A DNA stretch of 64,000 nucleotides from Clostridia bacterium (GTDB lineage: Bacteria; Bacillota; Clostridia; TANB77; CAG-508): NCBI GenBank assembly GCA_017510525.1, contig JAFWNC010000008.1:11119-75118 (forward strand), read 5' to 3'. The notes beneath the pieces are model-generated. The model was not told the DNA's origin. It worked only from the letters and a program-made list of their open reading frames with translations, and ran no database searches. Shown one piece after another: positions 49,301-57,800 of this stretch (positions within the stretch are counted from its first letter, which is position 1; the number at the start of each line of letters is the position of its first letter). Made by a program: the position numbers and the translations under genes.

Positions 49301-49500
49301 GAGAAAGAGACTCAGACTCACCAGAATATATTACAATAACTCCACCTACAGGATTAAGCGAAAAAATGGAAACAAGTAATAACATGTTAATAGTAACGAT
49401 TGTTGCAACTGCAACTGCGTTTATAGCATCAATTACAGTTCCAATAATAACAATCCTATATGACAAAAGTAGAAAAACAGTAAAAGAGGATGATCAATAA
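40351..49500 (+). CDS. giant secreted surface protein B (3049 aa)
   Basis: ATG overlaps the A stop (TAATG). Signal peptide. N-terminal domain with SKSCGF and AAQNAWF, resembling thioester-domain Cys and Gln motifs. CnaB-like GVVWDDSDKDKTDGQYIDGE...GIYSLRFEYGANDD. C-terminus ...ITITPPTGLS, then 10 polar residues, a TM segment, and KSRKTVKEDDQ. Confidence 0.8.
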   Translation: MNSKRIASLLIIIILFMLMLPEITIAAENTGSWVDLIDDDDNETVYSFIDYSKSCGFRAYDTYNGNTSFYNFIPNYVPAGVYSDNSYKPFYRLLSSSKIGTNGRPFSRKTYVKNDSVNKPSFTERYIIYKANESKNESGEKNRRTSYLAAQNAWFKLKGNKIKLDDEAQDILDEAFEYNTWAKSVESELKATTGKTIDNATDEELNEALGDDFYFDASNSTISVVNDDDGKGDYILVSNIKTNGRDSFTHKSKKNDPDDCTFSLSPRITNIKITFYKNNNKNDTMSPIEGKYKKGATKCSSDGEVTGLFYEGGTDTGITLEFQEIEDHISKSQTRCQTTSTAICEISGKNHFILQEDSNDKGPGYYPFPFAKEKFNLKIPADFIKENNITGISEINIGVKTEKREVGLLKVKYDEIVLDDKNSSINNKNDGTGLKRSQLDDYTFISQITTNSALGLETETPNVITTNTLLAMPEKTLDEYEQIAKIDQPILLADASNTSSQTSETEVEEEEYKVKKYNSTSYRFLETVADPVGTNDIQVSKLKTEDGYKYYQFTKGDSIVYGKLEESSKTINFYTNNLRYGSSIDIGTCFGIGAGQMKLTGDSTSTTQTIQATEGVKAVTNASTNIQLRVTDLKLTANKNKTIITAELGGNDKYLEIFGNKVTWGSKTYTATVSGKKMTIEVNTEDILSSSDMRLEVEYGIIDGTLRNQGFRFTEYQKTGLKKYITLSVPNELANTLEKKFAATVNDDIETTMSKSVNGINYLVRTKGNQLAFLKPREIAEETELRTSEDGSGTSYIAQTGNVLFGLRFSDSSSGYYISSTDSITANKSLSVFETIKFENKGYNLKLSSQDLTQNPVLDIELRYTVKDSNDSSVSANIVQYIRIETTGKYTEVPTEESVLGKGTIAGNLQTLVDGSLTYKEVLEESLLLNTQLTSLFTGWANLINSSDYQEYTQENSVRTNTINSEEDGNPALKVFTTDGLLTGGIRPEVAGVEWDGNDLVVTMKSTTASISSIHLASYNYKEGWIQDNVSSGKAPTIYYQQSQLSVSNNRITIPNAKNLLDNIYTNFYILVRDTAGENAVLNIQAIRNDNGKTYVVEDNYYRILGTTHFADDKINFTNEKFYTEYNDGSKDKITFNIPFTFRNGSSDYCLDFYDDNKAKEATGSVIDNNVAKITFDKRLIQSLGEGRSLQINATVKDDHNNDVTVTIELKIMYKGQILTQGNNYKDVIGNYIVTVESPVYDLDISIDKSAFFVDKTRKDHSVEGSVNANTYHDFQLLVQNIPEGYTLDSVNSGAYGDLFGTPNYDIYDKDLVVTQYESKILDAVAGFTQKYFGDFQFEERVNKKVLEVQNGLPKYGLVQDNASVRHYILFKNASGDVITLTVKIEKIASVVVNRTLEKGVNVNNLYIEGPYDDNMSSLKDAVINAKNNNDSIQITETADTYNNKDMEVYFNTGENVNQKDAWTLQYELLNDYQDGGDISLNNESIQVIRVEQRGYLNQGYNHYANIELYFEDAISYEINYRYRINESGYGGDGYAGQMLSIVGDADENGIIYTSNLGNSANNEYIEGNKAIFRVNRNGFSCITVRFSDYSIQNIFVYAPTLFIGEVLNKAGENLIEDLPSIRDEGLLNRGAQFYVDLEKGDDKTLVFYNITGEVGLGDTLGVPAIKNGARTVAWYGESQTNDGLEWITTKDMWENYGANSTLIRKESNGSGKETYTVDLGDIEGFALDPDNIKEYSDESENNPNIIPSNYYYNVDTDTYELRWSFRSTDLHHDGKAINKFDTTLFTIIFRGNPSPTPGEDPELVYAKEIQEFRKNDEDTPDSRKVTPPEEGWDFTMEVGGEVWVDSPDTDKGVNTKYGLRDENDSRITQDMTVHLEEYEGTRLINTIDKTIKAGESSYIFEGILPPLASAGQDRHYYNIRFEYDGQKYEPTEFLSTSSVDIDNGIDSTNGNVNSIKQYRINDMINNLSKYKENTCSWVTESETTRKDFDSRLSTIDNKNGQVDYKNNPNYDEKISASTLDAGYTIPVGLEDYHLKNRDTSIQVKRTKIQPDTHYTIKGYSKSINLGLVERDESDIAVIQDLYYAKTVVKHYEQTYKYNAFKVNNQDINYTVKGQDYKLGLYSSDFIYNSGIYEDTAVDTFMSATELRLFLTYRINVINESPNVTTVVGQLADYYDDSFTLITDEVKPGIIEEGVANNTINNNKVVAYPSFYRKIDSGQNGVYNFDAVADGYGNNNSVTWTDTAEKGKKICNINQSMEPGEKIELFVTFEVDQETAQNAIRESMKTAYENLGDDATQDEYVKAVANEVRTKLMGEQHNYIELNNYSTKYRRRMNNTSAYSVDSNSGKIDRDSCPGNMVIGSLKEDDECQAPTLNVFVEGSHIREISGVVWDDSDKDKTDGQYIDGETSISNIPVSLIEKIKDPDNGIEYEFVHKGKYDGDTDTFNIKAGTNQGDSYTLSSEDGYKIKGMAPGIYSLRFEYGANDDMINNSKFTDINYKYNGQDYKNTKVSQNLDEEWMDVSENSSNRLSDAVDYIPARLRNIAYSRTISAENGSVLASKSQEKLQNTYMRADSYKMKLIPEIKETEEGTLEYTLPYDVKDVDFGLEKRPETKLYLDKKLTEITLTKSDGTEAIFNAKFDYEYDTENNKYKLTGMDIENGINLDKLTSVVEDGNQQGFRYIQMEDSYLSNLSINLKYDIYVTNISEEDYIRNTVADMKTPDALYRAASELEQSGSYQRGYLCDENNILGGYYFKHERFGWDDPVTTTVDQVVDYIDNDIGLDIEENTNVENHAWKFAEIYDGKTVKNSLAGLITNDSYNGEELTDNGSGNSGKGVSYFGTGKSNIALSVNSNIKTSQSGDEPEKETYYSHMKRTDAKVKDDKIYDEGQITLSATQARYKGNDTQDKYNPDLTKELKPNDTAKIGISTSKTISSGTDSDNLKFDNLAEILVYSNTVGRKDMDAIPGNANKIAKSSGAWAAGRSGGGERDSDSPEYITITPPTGLSEKMETSNNMLIVTIVATATAFIASITVPIITILYDKSRKTVKEDDQ

Positions 49501-49504
49501 GAAT

Positions 49505-49535
49505 AAGGCAAAGGGACTGACCCTTTGCCTTTTCG
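49505..49535 (+). terminator. intrinsic terminator of the A-B operon
   Basis: aaggcaaagggactgaccctttgcctt followed by ttcgg. Confidence 0.6.
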
Positions 49536-49540
49536 GCTTG

Positions 49541-49592
49541 GTAGGGGCGACCATTGGTCGTCCGAGGACGGGGGTGGAACCCCGCCCCTACA
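49541..49592. repeat. composite REP-like element
   Basis: gtaggggcgaccattggtcgtccgaggacgggggtggaaccccgcccctaca. Confidence 0.7.
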
Positions 49593-49602
49593 ATTAAAAA
49601 AA

Positions 49603-49651
49603 TGGGGACGCGCACCAAATCAAACATTGGGCGGGGACAAGCCCAACCCCA
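49603..49651. repeat. REP-like element (degenerate)
   Basis: ggggacgcgcaccaaatcaaacattgggcggggacaagcccaacccc. Confidence 0.5.
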
Positions 49652-49740
49652 AATTTAATGTTAAAGTATACATAAAACATCAAAAACGCCAAAAATGTTA
49701 AAAAAAAGTAAAAAAAATGTAATATATTTGTAATAAAATA

Positions 49741-49769
49741 TTGAAAATTTCCAAATAAAGGTGTATAAT
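49741..49769 (+). promoter_or_regulatory. putative promoter TTGAAA-17-(TG)TATAAT for the second giant operon
   Basis: ttgaaa 49741-49746, tgtataat 49762-49769. Confidence 0.4.
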
Positions 49770-49904
49770 ATTATTGTATGATTGGGTAAAAAGGCGAATT
49801 TCACCTATTAAATAATGGAAATATTGCTTAATAGTTGAAAATGCTTTTGTACTCGAAAAAATAAAAAAAAAATAAATCAATATATATTATAGGAGGATGT
49901 TGAT

Positions 49905-52900
49905 ATGTTAAAGAATAGGAGAAGTACTAAGAAAGTATTAGCCTTATTTCTAGTATTTACTATTATGTTTGCTAATATGTTCACAGTTGTTGAATATGCT
50001 GCTTCAAATCTAGGTAAATTAGATTCCAGCGATATTCATGAAAACGTAGAATATGATGCAAAACTTGTAGTAAATGAAGAAGAAAAAGGTTATGAAAACG
50101 CTTTCGATATGAATGAAGAAAACGCAGGTATTAAGCTAGAACTTAATGTAGAAGATAGCGGATACCTTAAAAATGCAAGTATCTCATTTGAATCAGAAAA
50201 CGGATTGAATTTTGAGATTGGAAAAATCGCTGAAAATGATTTAGTTCAAAATTTAGAAAATAACAAATTAAAACTAAATCAAATAAACGAAGGTGATAGT
50301 TTAGAAATCACAGTTCCAATTAAATTCAAAAACACAGATTCAATAGACAATTTAAGCAAAGTTGTATCTGCTAAGTTGTCTGGAATATATGTTGACAATT
50401 CTGGTAAAGAGAACAAAATATCAGAAACAGTAAACTTAAAAGTTACTTGGAATGTTAATACAGAATTAACTGTTTCATCAGAAATAACAAAATATATTCC
50501 TTATAGCTCTAGCAACGGTTCAGGAGTAATTGTTCAAACAAATGTAAAAATGAACATGGGTCAAAAAGCTGAACTAGTTGGAAAAGAGAAATTAGAAATT
50601 GAAGCTTTAAAAATACAAGGTCTAAAACTAGACAAAGTAACAGTTATAAGAAACAATGAAGCTGATTTCTCAGAAAAAGATTGGAAACAAAGTGATGATA
50701 AGATCACAATCGATATTAAGAATGATAACTCTAAAGAGTTTGTTAAAGAAGAATTCTTAATTACTTATATTTTCACTGGAACAGACACTAATGTTTTACC
50801 ATTATCTTTAAATAGTAAAATATTAGCTACAGTTGAAATGTTTGGAAGTAATGAGAAAATAGAAACAGAAAAAGAAGAGTTATACACAGTTTCTGAAAAG
50901 ATTGGGGAAATCGTTTCTATATCTTCTGAATTATCTGAAGAAGTTTTAAATAAAGGAAATATTATAGCTGATAAATATAATGAAGCTAAGGCTTATACAA
51001 CTAACTATGAAATAAACCATAGAATAAATATTTCTTCAACAGATTTAGTTGAAAAGATTTCTATTACTGATATTGATGAAAACTTTAAAGCTGGAGAAAA
51101 TAGTTATTCTACAGTAAATAGCTCATTATATAAGAAAGTTAAAGTTTCTAAAGATGAATTTGAAAAGATCTTAGGAACTGATGGTAAGATTTCTGTTATG
51201 AGCAGAGGAGAAGAAATAGCTACAATTACTAAAGATTCTAAAGTAGAAGATGGTAGTTATGTAGCTGAAATAGCTAAAGAAGTAAGTAGAGTAACAGTTA
51301 ATACTACTGCTCCAAAAACAGAAGGAAACTTAAATATTAAATTAAGTAAAGAAATAAAAGATACAGAATATGAATTAAGCGATATTAAAGCTTGGGATTT
51401 AATGGAATATACTGCACAAGGAAGTATTACTTTAACAGGTGATACACAAAACAAAGTTGCAGATATGCAAAAATCTATTAAATTAGAAAATACTAAAACA
51501 GATACTAATATTTCTTTAAATAAAACATCATTAGGTACAATAGTAAATAATGAAAATGTTGAAATAAAAGTAAGTTTAAATAATGATAAAATAGGAACAG
51601 ACTTTTATAAAAATCCTAAATTTGAAATTACTTTACCTGAATATATTCAAGAAGTAGATTTCAAAGATGTAGGTATTGCTAACGGTGGAGAAGATTTCAA
51701 AATTTCTAAAGCAGAAGCTAATGTTGAAGACGGTAGAGTTGTTATTAGAATTGAACTTGAGGGAACTCAAAAATCATATCCACTAAATAATGTAACAGAT
51801 GGTACAAATATAATTATCAACACAAACATGAGATTAAAATTATTAACACCTTCTAAAGAAGATATAATTACATTAAAATATATAAATGAAGATGCTACAG
51901 AATATTTAGATAACGGATATGAAGAAGTTAAAATATCATATGTAGCACCTACAGGAGTTATAAGTGTTAACTCTACATCAAATTATAATGGAGATAACTC
52001 AAAAGTAATTTCTGTAAATCAAGGTACAAAAACAGATAAGATTGAAATATTTGATAATGCTAAAACAGCAACAATGGATATCTTAGTTATGAACAATAAC
52101 GAAAATACAACTAAAGATGTTAAAATCTTAGGTAGAATTCCTTTCAAAGGAGTTAAAGATGTTAGAACAGGTGAAGAATTAGGAACAACAGTTGATACAA
52201 CAATGACTTCACAAATCATAGCTAACCAAGAAAACAATGCAAATGTTATAATTTATTATTCAGAAAATGGAGAAGCTACAGCTGATCTAACTGATATGAA
52301 TAATGGTTGGAGAACAGATATTACTGATTTTTCAAAGGTTAAATCATACTTAATAGTAACTGACAATTATGAAATGAATAAAGGTGATATATTAAGATTT
52401 TTTTATGAATATACAATTCCTGAAAATCTAGAACATAACAATTATATCTATGGTACATTTGGAACAATTTATAAAGATGTATCAGAAATAGCTGAAAATC
52501 AAGAAATATCTACACCAGACTTAGTTGGACTTACAACAGGTAAAGGACCAAATATTTCAGTTACTACAAAATTAAGTACTGGTAAAGATTCAATTAAAGA
52601 ATCTGAAAAAGTTAAATATACAGCTGAAGTTAAAAACACTGGTGAAGAAGATGCTAGAGATGTAGTAGTAAAAACAGAACTTCCAGAAGGAACAACATTT
52701 GTTGAATATCAAAAACAAGGTTCAATATATGAAGCAAAAGGCTGGAAGTATATTGATGGAAGAGAAAGCATAGAGAAATTTGATACAATTAAACCAGGAG
52801 AAACAAAAGTTATTGAATTTACTGTTGAAGCAAATTCAGTATCTAATGAAATTACTACTGTTGATTGGAAAACAGAGATTACAGCTAAGGACTTAGCTAA

Positions 52901-54803
52901 AACATTAGAATCTGAAGTTATAACAACAACTATTGAAAAAGGTGAGATTATAACTGAAGAATTTACAGAGACTATAGCTGATATAGTACAAGAAAACGAT
53001 GATATTATTTACAAAATAGCTGTAAAGAATACATCTGATAAAGATATTTCAAATATTAAAGTCGAAAAAGACTTACCAGATTTATTAAAATATAGTGAAA
53101 GCTATGTTCAAGATTTTGATGAAGAATTAAACTTAATAGAAAATACAGCTGATAGTAACTATGATATGGATAATAGAAAAGTAACATGGACTATTGATAA
53201 TATTAAAGCTGGAACAACAAGATATGTTGTATTAAAAGCAGTAGCTGGAGAATTAACTGGTGATGTTTATGAAGATACAATTACTACAAATTCAAAAGTA
53301 ACAGCAAATTCAAATACATACTATACAGCTGATGTAAATGAGAAAATTGCTAGACCTAAATTAGTTGTAGAGCAAATTTCTAATAAAAATGGTGAATTTA
53401 TTGGTGAAGGTGAAATAGTTGAATATACAATAAAAGTTAAAAATGAAGGTATTGTTCAAGCTGAACAAGTTGAAGTAACTGATAATTTACCTAATGAATT
53501 AAAAGTTAGATCTTTAAAATATAAAGTTGATGGAACTGAATTGTCAAGAACAGTATCTAAAAATGAAGACGCTGTTGTGTATACAAGTTTAGCTCCACAA
53601 AGTGAAGTAGTAATTAACTTATCTGCTGTTGCTAATACAATAGATCAAACTCAAAAATCTGTATCTAATGTTGCTACAATAGATACGGCAAATGCAAATA
53701 GTGCAACAACAAATAAAGTAAATAATACTATTGAAAGAACAATAGAAGCTCAAACAGCTGGTAATAACGAATCAGAAAATATTTATAAAATAACTGGTCT
53801 AGCATTTGTTGATACAAATCAAAATGGACAAAAAGATGAAAATGAAGCTGGATTAGAAGGAATTGAAGCAGTTTTGGTTGATGTAAACAGCTTAAACAAG
53901 ATTCAAACAGTTGCTACAGGTGCAAATGGAGAATATTCATTTAGTAATTTATCAAACGGAAATTATTATGTAATATTCTACCATAATTCAACAAGATATG
54001 ATTTAGCAACATATAGAAAAGAAAATGTACCTGAAAATCTAAATTCAAATGTTATTTCTGCTGAAATAGAAGAAAATGGAGAAAAGAGAACAGTTGCTGT
54101 TACAGATGCATTAACTATTTCAAATGGAAGTATTTCAAATATTAATATAGGTTTAACAGATACAAAGATATTTGATTTATCACTAGAAAAAACTATTTCA
54201 AGTATCACAGTTCAAAATGAAAATGGAACAAAGAAAAATGAATATAATAACTTAGGCTTAGCCAAAGTTGAAATTGCACCTAAAGATTTAGCTGATACTA
54301 AAGTATATGTTGAATATAAGATAACAGTTAAAAATGAAGGTGATGTTGAAGGATATGCTAAGAAAATAGTAGATTACTTACCAGCTGGAATGGAATTTAG
54401 TACAGAACTTAATAAAAACTGGTATCAAGGAACAGACGGAAAACTATATAGTGAAGAATTAGCTAATACAGTAATAGAAAAAGGACAATCTGCTACAATT
54501 ACATTAATTCTTTCAAAACAAATGACTGAAGAAAATACAGGTATTGTAACAAATACAGCTGAAATAGTAGAAAGTTATAATAAATTAGGATTAGCTGATA
54601 AAGATTCAAGTCCAAATAATAAAGCTCAAAATGAGGATGACTTAGGAAGAGCTGATGCTATCCTATCAATCAATACAGGTAGTACATTAATTTATATAAC
54701 AGCAATTGTTACTACAATAATGATGGCGATCATATTATTTATAGTAATAAGGATGAATAGGTACAAGATAAAATGGTACTTACAAAAAAAGGAGGTGAAT
54801 TAA
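49905..54803 (+). CDS. giant secreted surface protein C (1632 aa), paralogue of A
   Basis: Signal peptide, DUF11-type repeats, CnaB-like ITGLAFVDTNQNGQKDENEAGLEGIEAVLVD...GNYYVIFYHNSTRYD. C-terminal region aligns with A. Ends ...DKDSSPNNKAQNEDDLGRADAILSINTGST, then a TM segment, then RMNRYKIKWYLQKK. Confidence 0.8.
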   Translation: MLKNRRSTKKVLALFLVFTIMFANMFTVVEYAASNLGKLDSSDIHENVEYDAKLVVNEEEKGYENAFDMNEENAGIKLELNVEDSGYLKNASISFESENGLNFEIGKIAENDLVQNLENNKLKLNQINEGDSLEITVPIKFKNTDSIDNLSKVVSAKLSGIYVDNSGKENKISETVNLKVTWNVNTELTVSSEITKYIPYSSSNGSGVIVQTNVKMNMGQKAELVGKEKLEIEALKIQGLKLDKVTVIRNNEADFSEKDWKQSDDKITIDIKNDNSKEFVKEEFLITYIFTGTDTNVLPLSLNSKILATVEMFGSNEKIETEKEELYTVSEKIGEIVSISSELSEEVLNKGNIIADKYNEAKAYTTNYEINHRINISSTDLVEKISITDIDENFKAGENSYSTVNSSLYKKVKVSKDEFEKILGTDGKISVMSRGEEIATITKDSKVEDGSYVAEIAKEVSRVTVNTTAPKTEGNLNIKLSKEIKDTEYELSDIKAWDLMEYTAQGSITLTGDTQNKVADMQKSIKLENTKTDTNISLNKTSLGTIVNNENVEIKVSLNNDKIGTDFYKNPKFEITLPEYIQEVDFKDVGIANGGEDFKISKAEANVEDGRVVIRIELEGTQKSYPLNNVTDGTNIIINTNMRLKLLTPSKEDIITLKYINEDATEYLDNGYEEVKISYVAPTGVISVNSTSNYNGDNSKVISVNQGTKTDKIEIFDNAKTATMDILVMNNNENTTKDVKILGRIPFKGVKDVRTGEELGTTVDTTMTSQIIANQENNANVIIYYSENGEATADLTDMNNGWRTDITDFSKVKSYLIVTDNYEMNKGDILRFFYEYTIPENLEHNNYIYGTFGTIYKDVSEIAENQEISTPDLVGLTTGKGPNISVTTKLSTGKDSIKESEKVKYTAEVKNTGEEDARDVVVKTELPEGTTFVEYQKQGSIYEAKGWKYIDGRESIEKFDTIKPGETKVIEFTVEANSVSNEITTVDWKTEITAKDLAKTLESEVITTTIEKGEIITEEFTETIADIVQENDDIIYKIAVKNTSDKDISNIKVEKDLPDLLKYSESYVQDFDEELNLIENTADSNYDMDNRKVTWTIDNIKAGTTRYVVLKAVAGELTGDVYEDTITTNSKVTANSNTYYTADVNEKIARPKLVVEQISNKNGEFIGEGEIVEYTIKVKNEGIVQAEQVEVTDNLPNELKVRSLKYKVDGTELSRTVSKNEDAVVYTSLAPQSEVVINLSAVANTIDQTQKSVSNVATIDTANANSATTNKVNNTIERTIEAQTAGNNESENIYKITGLAFVDTNQNGQKDENEAGLEGIEAVLVDVNSLNKIQTVATGANGEYSFSNLSNGNYYVIFYHNSTRYDLATYRKENVPENLNSNVISAEIEENGEKRTVAVTDALTISNGSISNINIGLTDTKIFDLSLEKTISSITVQNENGTKKNEYNNLGLAKVEIAPKDLADTKVYVEYKITVKNEGDVEGYAKKIVDYLPAGMEFSTELNKNWYQGTDGKLYSEELANTVIEKGQSATITLILSKQMTEENTGIVTNTAEIVESYNKLGLADKDSSPNNKAQNEDDLGRADAILSINTGSTLIYITAIVTTIMMAIILFIVIRMNRYKIKWYLQKKEVN

Positions 54804-54804
54804 T

Positions 54805-57800
54805 ATGAATCGTAAAAAAATCTTTATAGAAATTTTAATATTTATATTAATTACCGCCTTAGCAGCTATTGGGTATAACGTAACTGCTGCAATAACAACA
54901 GAAATGGCTTCAAAGGGAATTGGATACCCTTCAGGATATCCAACAATAACATTAAGTGATTTAATTAATAATTATAATTTACTATGTTCTGAAGAAGGTA
55001 GAGCTCTTCCAGGAAGTTCAGCAACTACGGTTGTATCTGGAAAAAGATCAAAAGACATACCTTATCCAAGTTATGGACAAGTTGCATTTACTACAGGTGA
55101 AACAAAAAGTTCAAGAAATCCTTTTTCATACGCAGAAAGTGAAACATTAAGTAGATATAAAACAAGTGGACCTGTTACAGCAGTTCCAGAAGAAGCATAC
55201 ATTTTATCTGAAATGACTGAAAACACAAATGGAAATACAGGAGTATTCTATAATGTAACAGATGTAAGATATGAAGGTGAAATTATTGATTCTTATGCAA
55301 TACCAGTAAGAGATGAATCAGATTATATCTATGGTGTTGATTTAGATTCAAATGGAGAACCTACAGCTTATGTTGTAAAAGAAGAAAGTGATTATTATTA
55401 TGTTGATATTAATCAAGTAGGAAGTGATTATTTCCCATACACATATGTACAACAAGCTTGGTGGAGCAGTCCTGCTGGAAGTACAGGTAATCCAGTTACA
55501 CAAAACGATTTCTCAGTTGAAGCAAAAGAATTTGATAAATATATTAAGAGTGTAAGAAAAGGAACTGATACAGTTGATAAAACTGTAACAGTTAATGGAA
55601 CAACAGTAACAGTTCCAGCTCCAATAATTGATTACCAAGTTACATCAACAATGAACAATGCAACAGTAAACTATAATGAAGAAACAAGAAAATACTTAAT
55701 TGGACCATTTACACTTAATTTCCCAGAATGGGTAACAACATCTACAGATAGAGGAGAAGTAAGATTTGCTGGAATTTCTAATATGGATTTAAAAGGAATT
55801 CAAGTAAATGGATCTAGTTCTCAAGAGATTACAATAGATCATTCAAATTGGGATATACAATATTCAAATGTTAGAGAGGAATCAGGTGCATTATCTGAAT
55901 ATCCTCATGATGGAGAAGAATTCTATATTGTATTAGATTATATTGAAGGCGTTACAAAAATTAGTGATATTAAAGTAGATTTTAAATATATGAATGCAGG
56001 TGCTACTTATGAGAATTTAACTGGTAAATATAACATTGTATCATGGACACCAAAAACAGAAGTAGTATCAGATGGAGAATGGCCAATATATATTCATACA
56101 TTAGAATGTACAGCCATTGATAGTAAAACTTCACAAAAATTAGCATTAGGTGTTGAGGCTGCTAGATGGTATGAACATGCGGATTATTCATTATTTAATG
56201 GCGATTTGGTTGTTAAAGATGAACCAATACCAACACCAACACCAGTAATTACACCAAACCCTATTACACCAACACCAGGACGTACAATTCCACCATATAC
56301 AGCAGATGATGACGACGATGATGATTATAGTAGAAAGAAGAAAAAAGTAATAGAACTTACAATTCCTATTGAAGGTGAAGTTTGGATTGATACAAAACAA
56401 GATAAAGCTAATGGAAATGTAACTGAAGGTAAACGTGATGACGGTGAAAAAGGTTACAAAAATGCGGAAGTTTATGTATATAAAGTATATAAAAACAATG
56501 GAACAGAAGTAAAAAGGGAACTTGCTAAGATATATGAAAAAGATAATGATAAAGAATTATCATTCCCAATTTACACAGATGAGAATGGTAAATATACAAT
56601 TCCTAAAATCTTAGTTCCTGGTACTGAGGATAAGAATAATAAATATGATATCGAATATGATGTAGTATTTAAATTTGATGGTCAAACATATACAGCTTCA
56701 AATCCATTACCAACAGCTAATGGCGATGCTAAAACTTATATAAATGCTAGCAGAGCAGAAAAAGATAGTAAATATGCAAGCGATTCTCTAGCTAGTGAAA
56801 ATGCAACAGAAAGAGATACTTATAATAAGAAATTCGAAACTATCACTGGTGATAAGGCAATGGATGATAGTGGTAATACAGAAGGAAAAGCTGGAAACTT
56901 AAAATTAGATTATACATCTGAAGCAGTTACATATAAAGATAATACAAAGAGAAGATCTAAATTAACTACTTTAGATTCAAATGGACATATAATAGAACAA
57001 TATAAGATGATAGCTTCTACAGCTAATACTGGAATTTATGTTCCTGTAAATCATGAAATTACTAAGGATAATGCTGATAGTGTAACATCAACAGTTGATA
57101 AACATGGTAATAAAACAACTACAACATATCATACAATCTATAATTACATGAAACACATTAACTTAGCTGTTAAAGAAAGAGAAGAATCTGATTTAGGTGT
57201 ACTTAAAGATCTATATAAAGCTAAAATAGTTGTTAATGAAAAAGAAATTACTAAGAAATTCAATACTTTAGTAGATTTTGAAGACGCTAAATATGCTGAA
57301 TTCTTAAATATTCAATTAGAGAATGCTCAAACAAAATCTTATAAATTAGGATTATATAATTCAGATTATGAATATAGATCAACAGTTTATGAGAAAGAAG
57401 TTGACCAAGTTAAAGCTGTTAAAACTGGTGAAACTGGATCACTTACAGATACAAACTTACGTGTATTCTTAACATATAAGATTGCAGTATTTAACGAAGG
57501 TTCTTATGATATGGTTATTAATGATTTAAATGATTACTATGATAAGACATTTACATTAGTAACAGAAGAACAAAAAGCAAATATTGTAGATGGAGATACA
57601 AGAACAGCCAAAGTTGTTGCAGAACCTTCTTACTATAGAGTTATAGGATCTACTGAAAGTCCAAAATATGATTATACTTCAAATGGAATGACTAGATTTG
57701 ATTGGGCTTCATCAGAGGCTACAGCAAATGATAGTTACAAGAAAGGTAACATCACATCATTCAGTGGATTAAAATTACATCCAGGTGAGCAATTACAATT

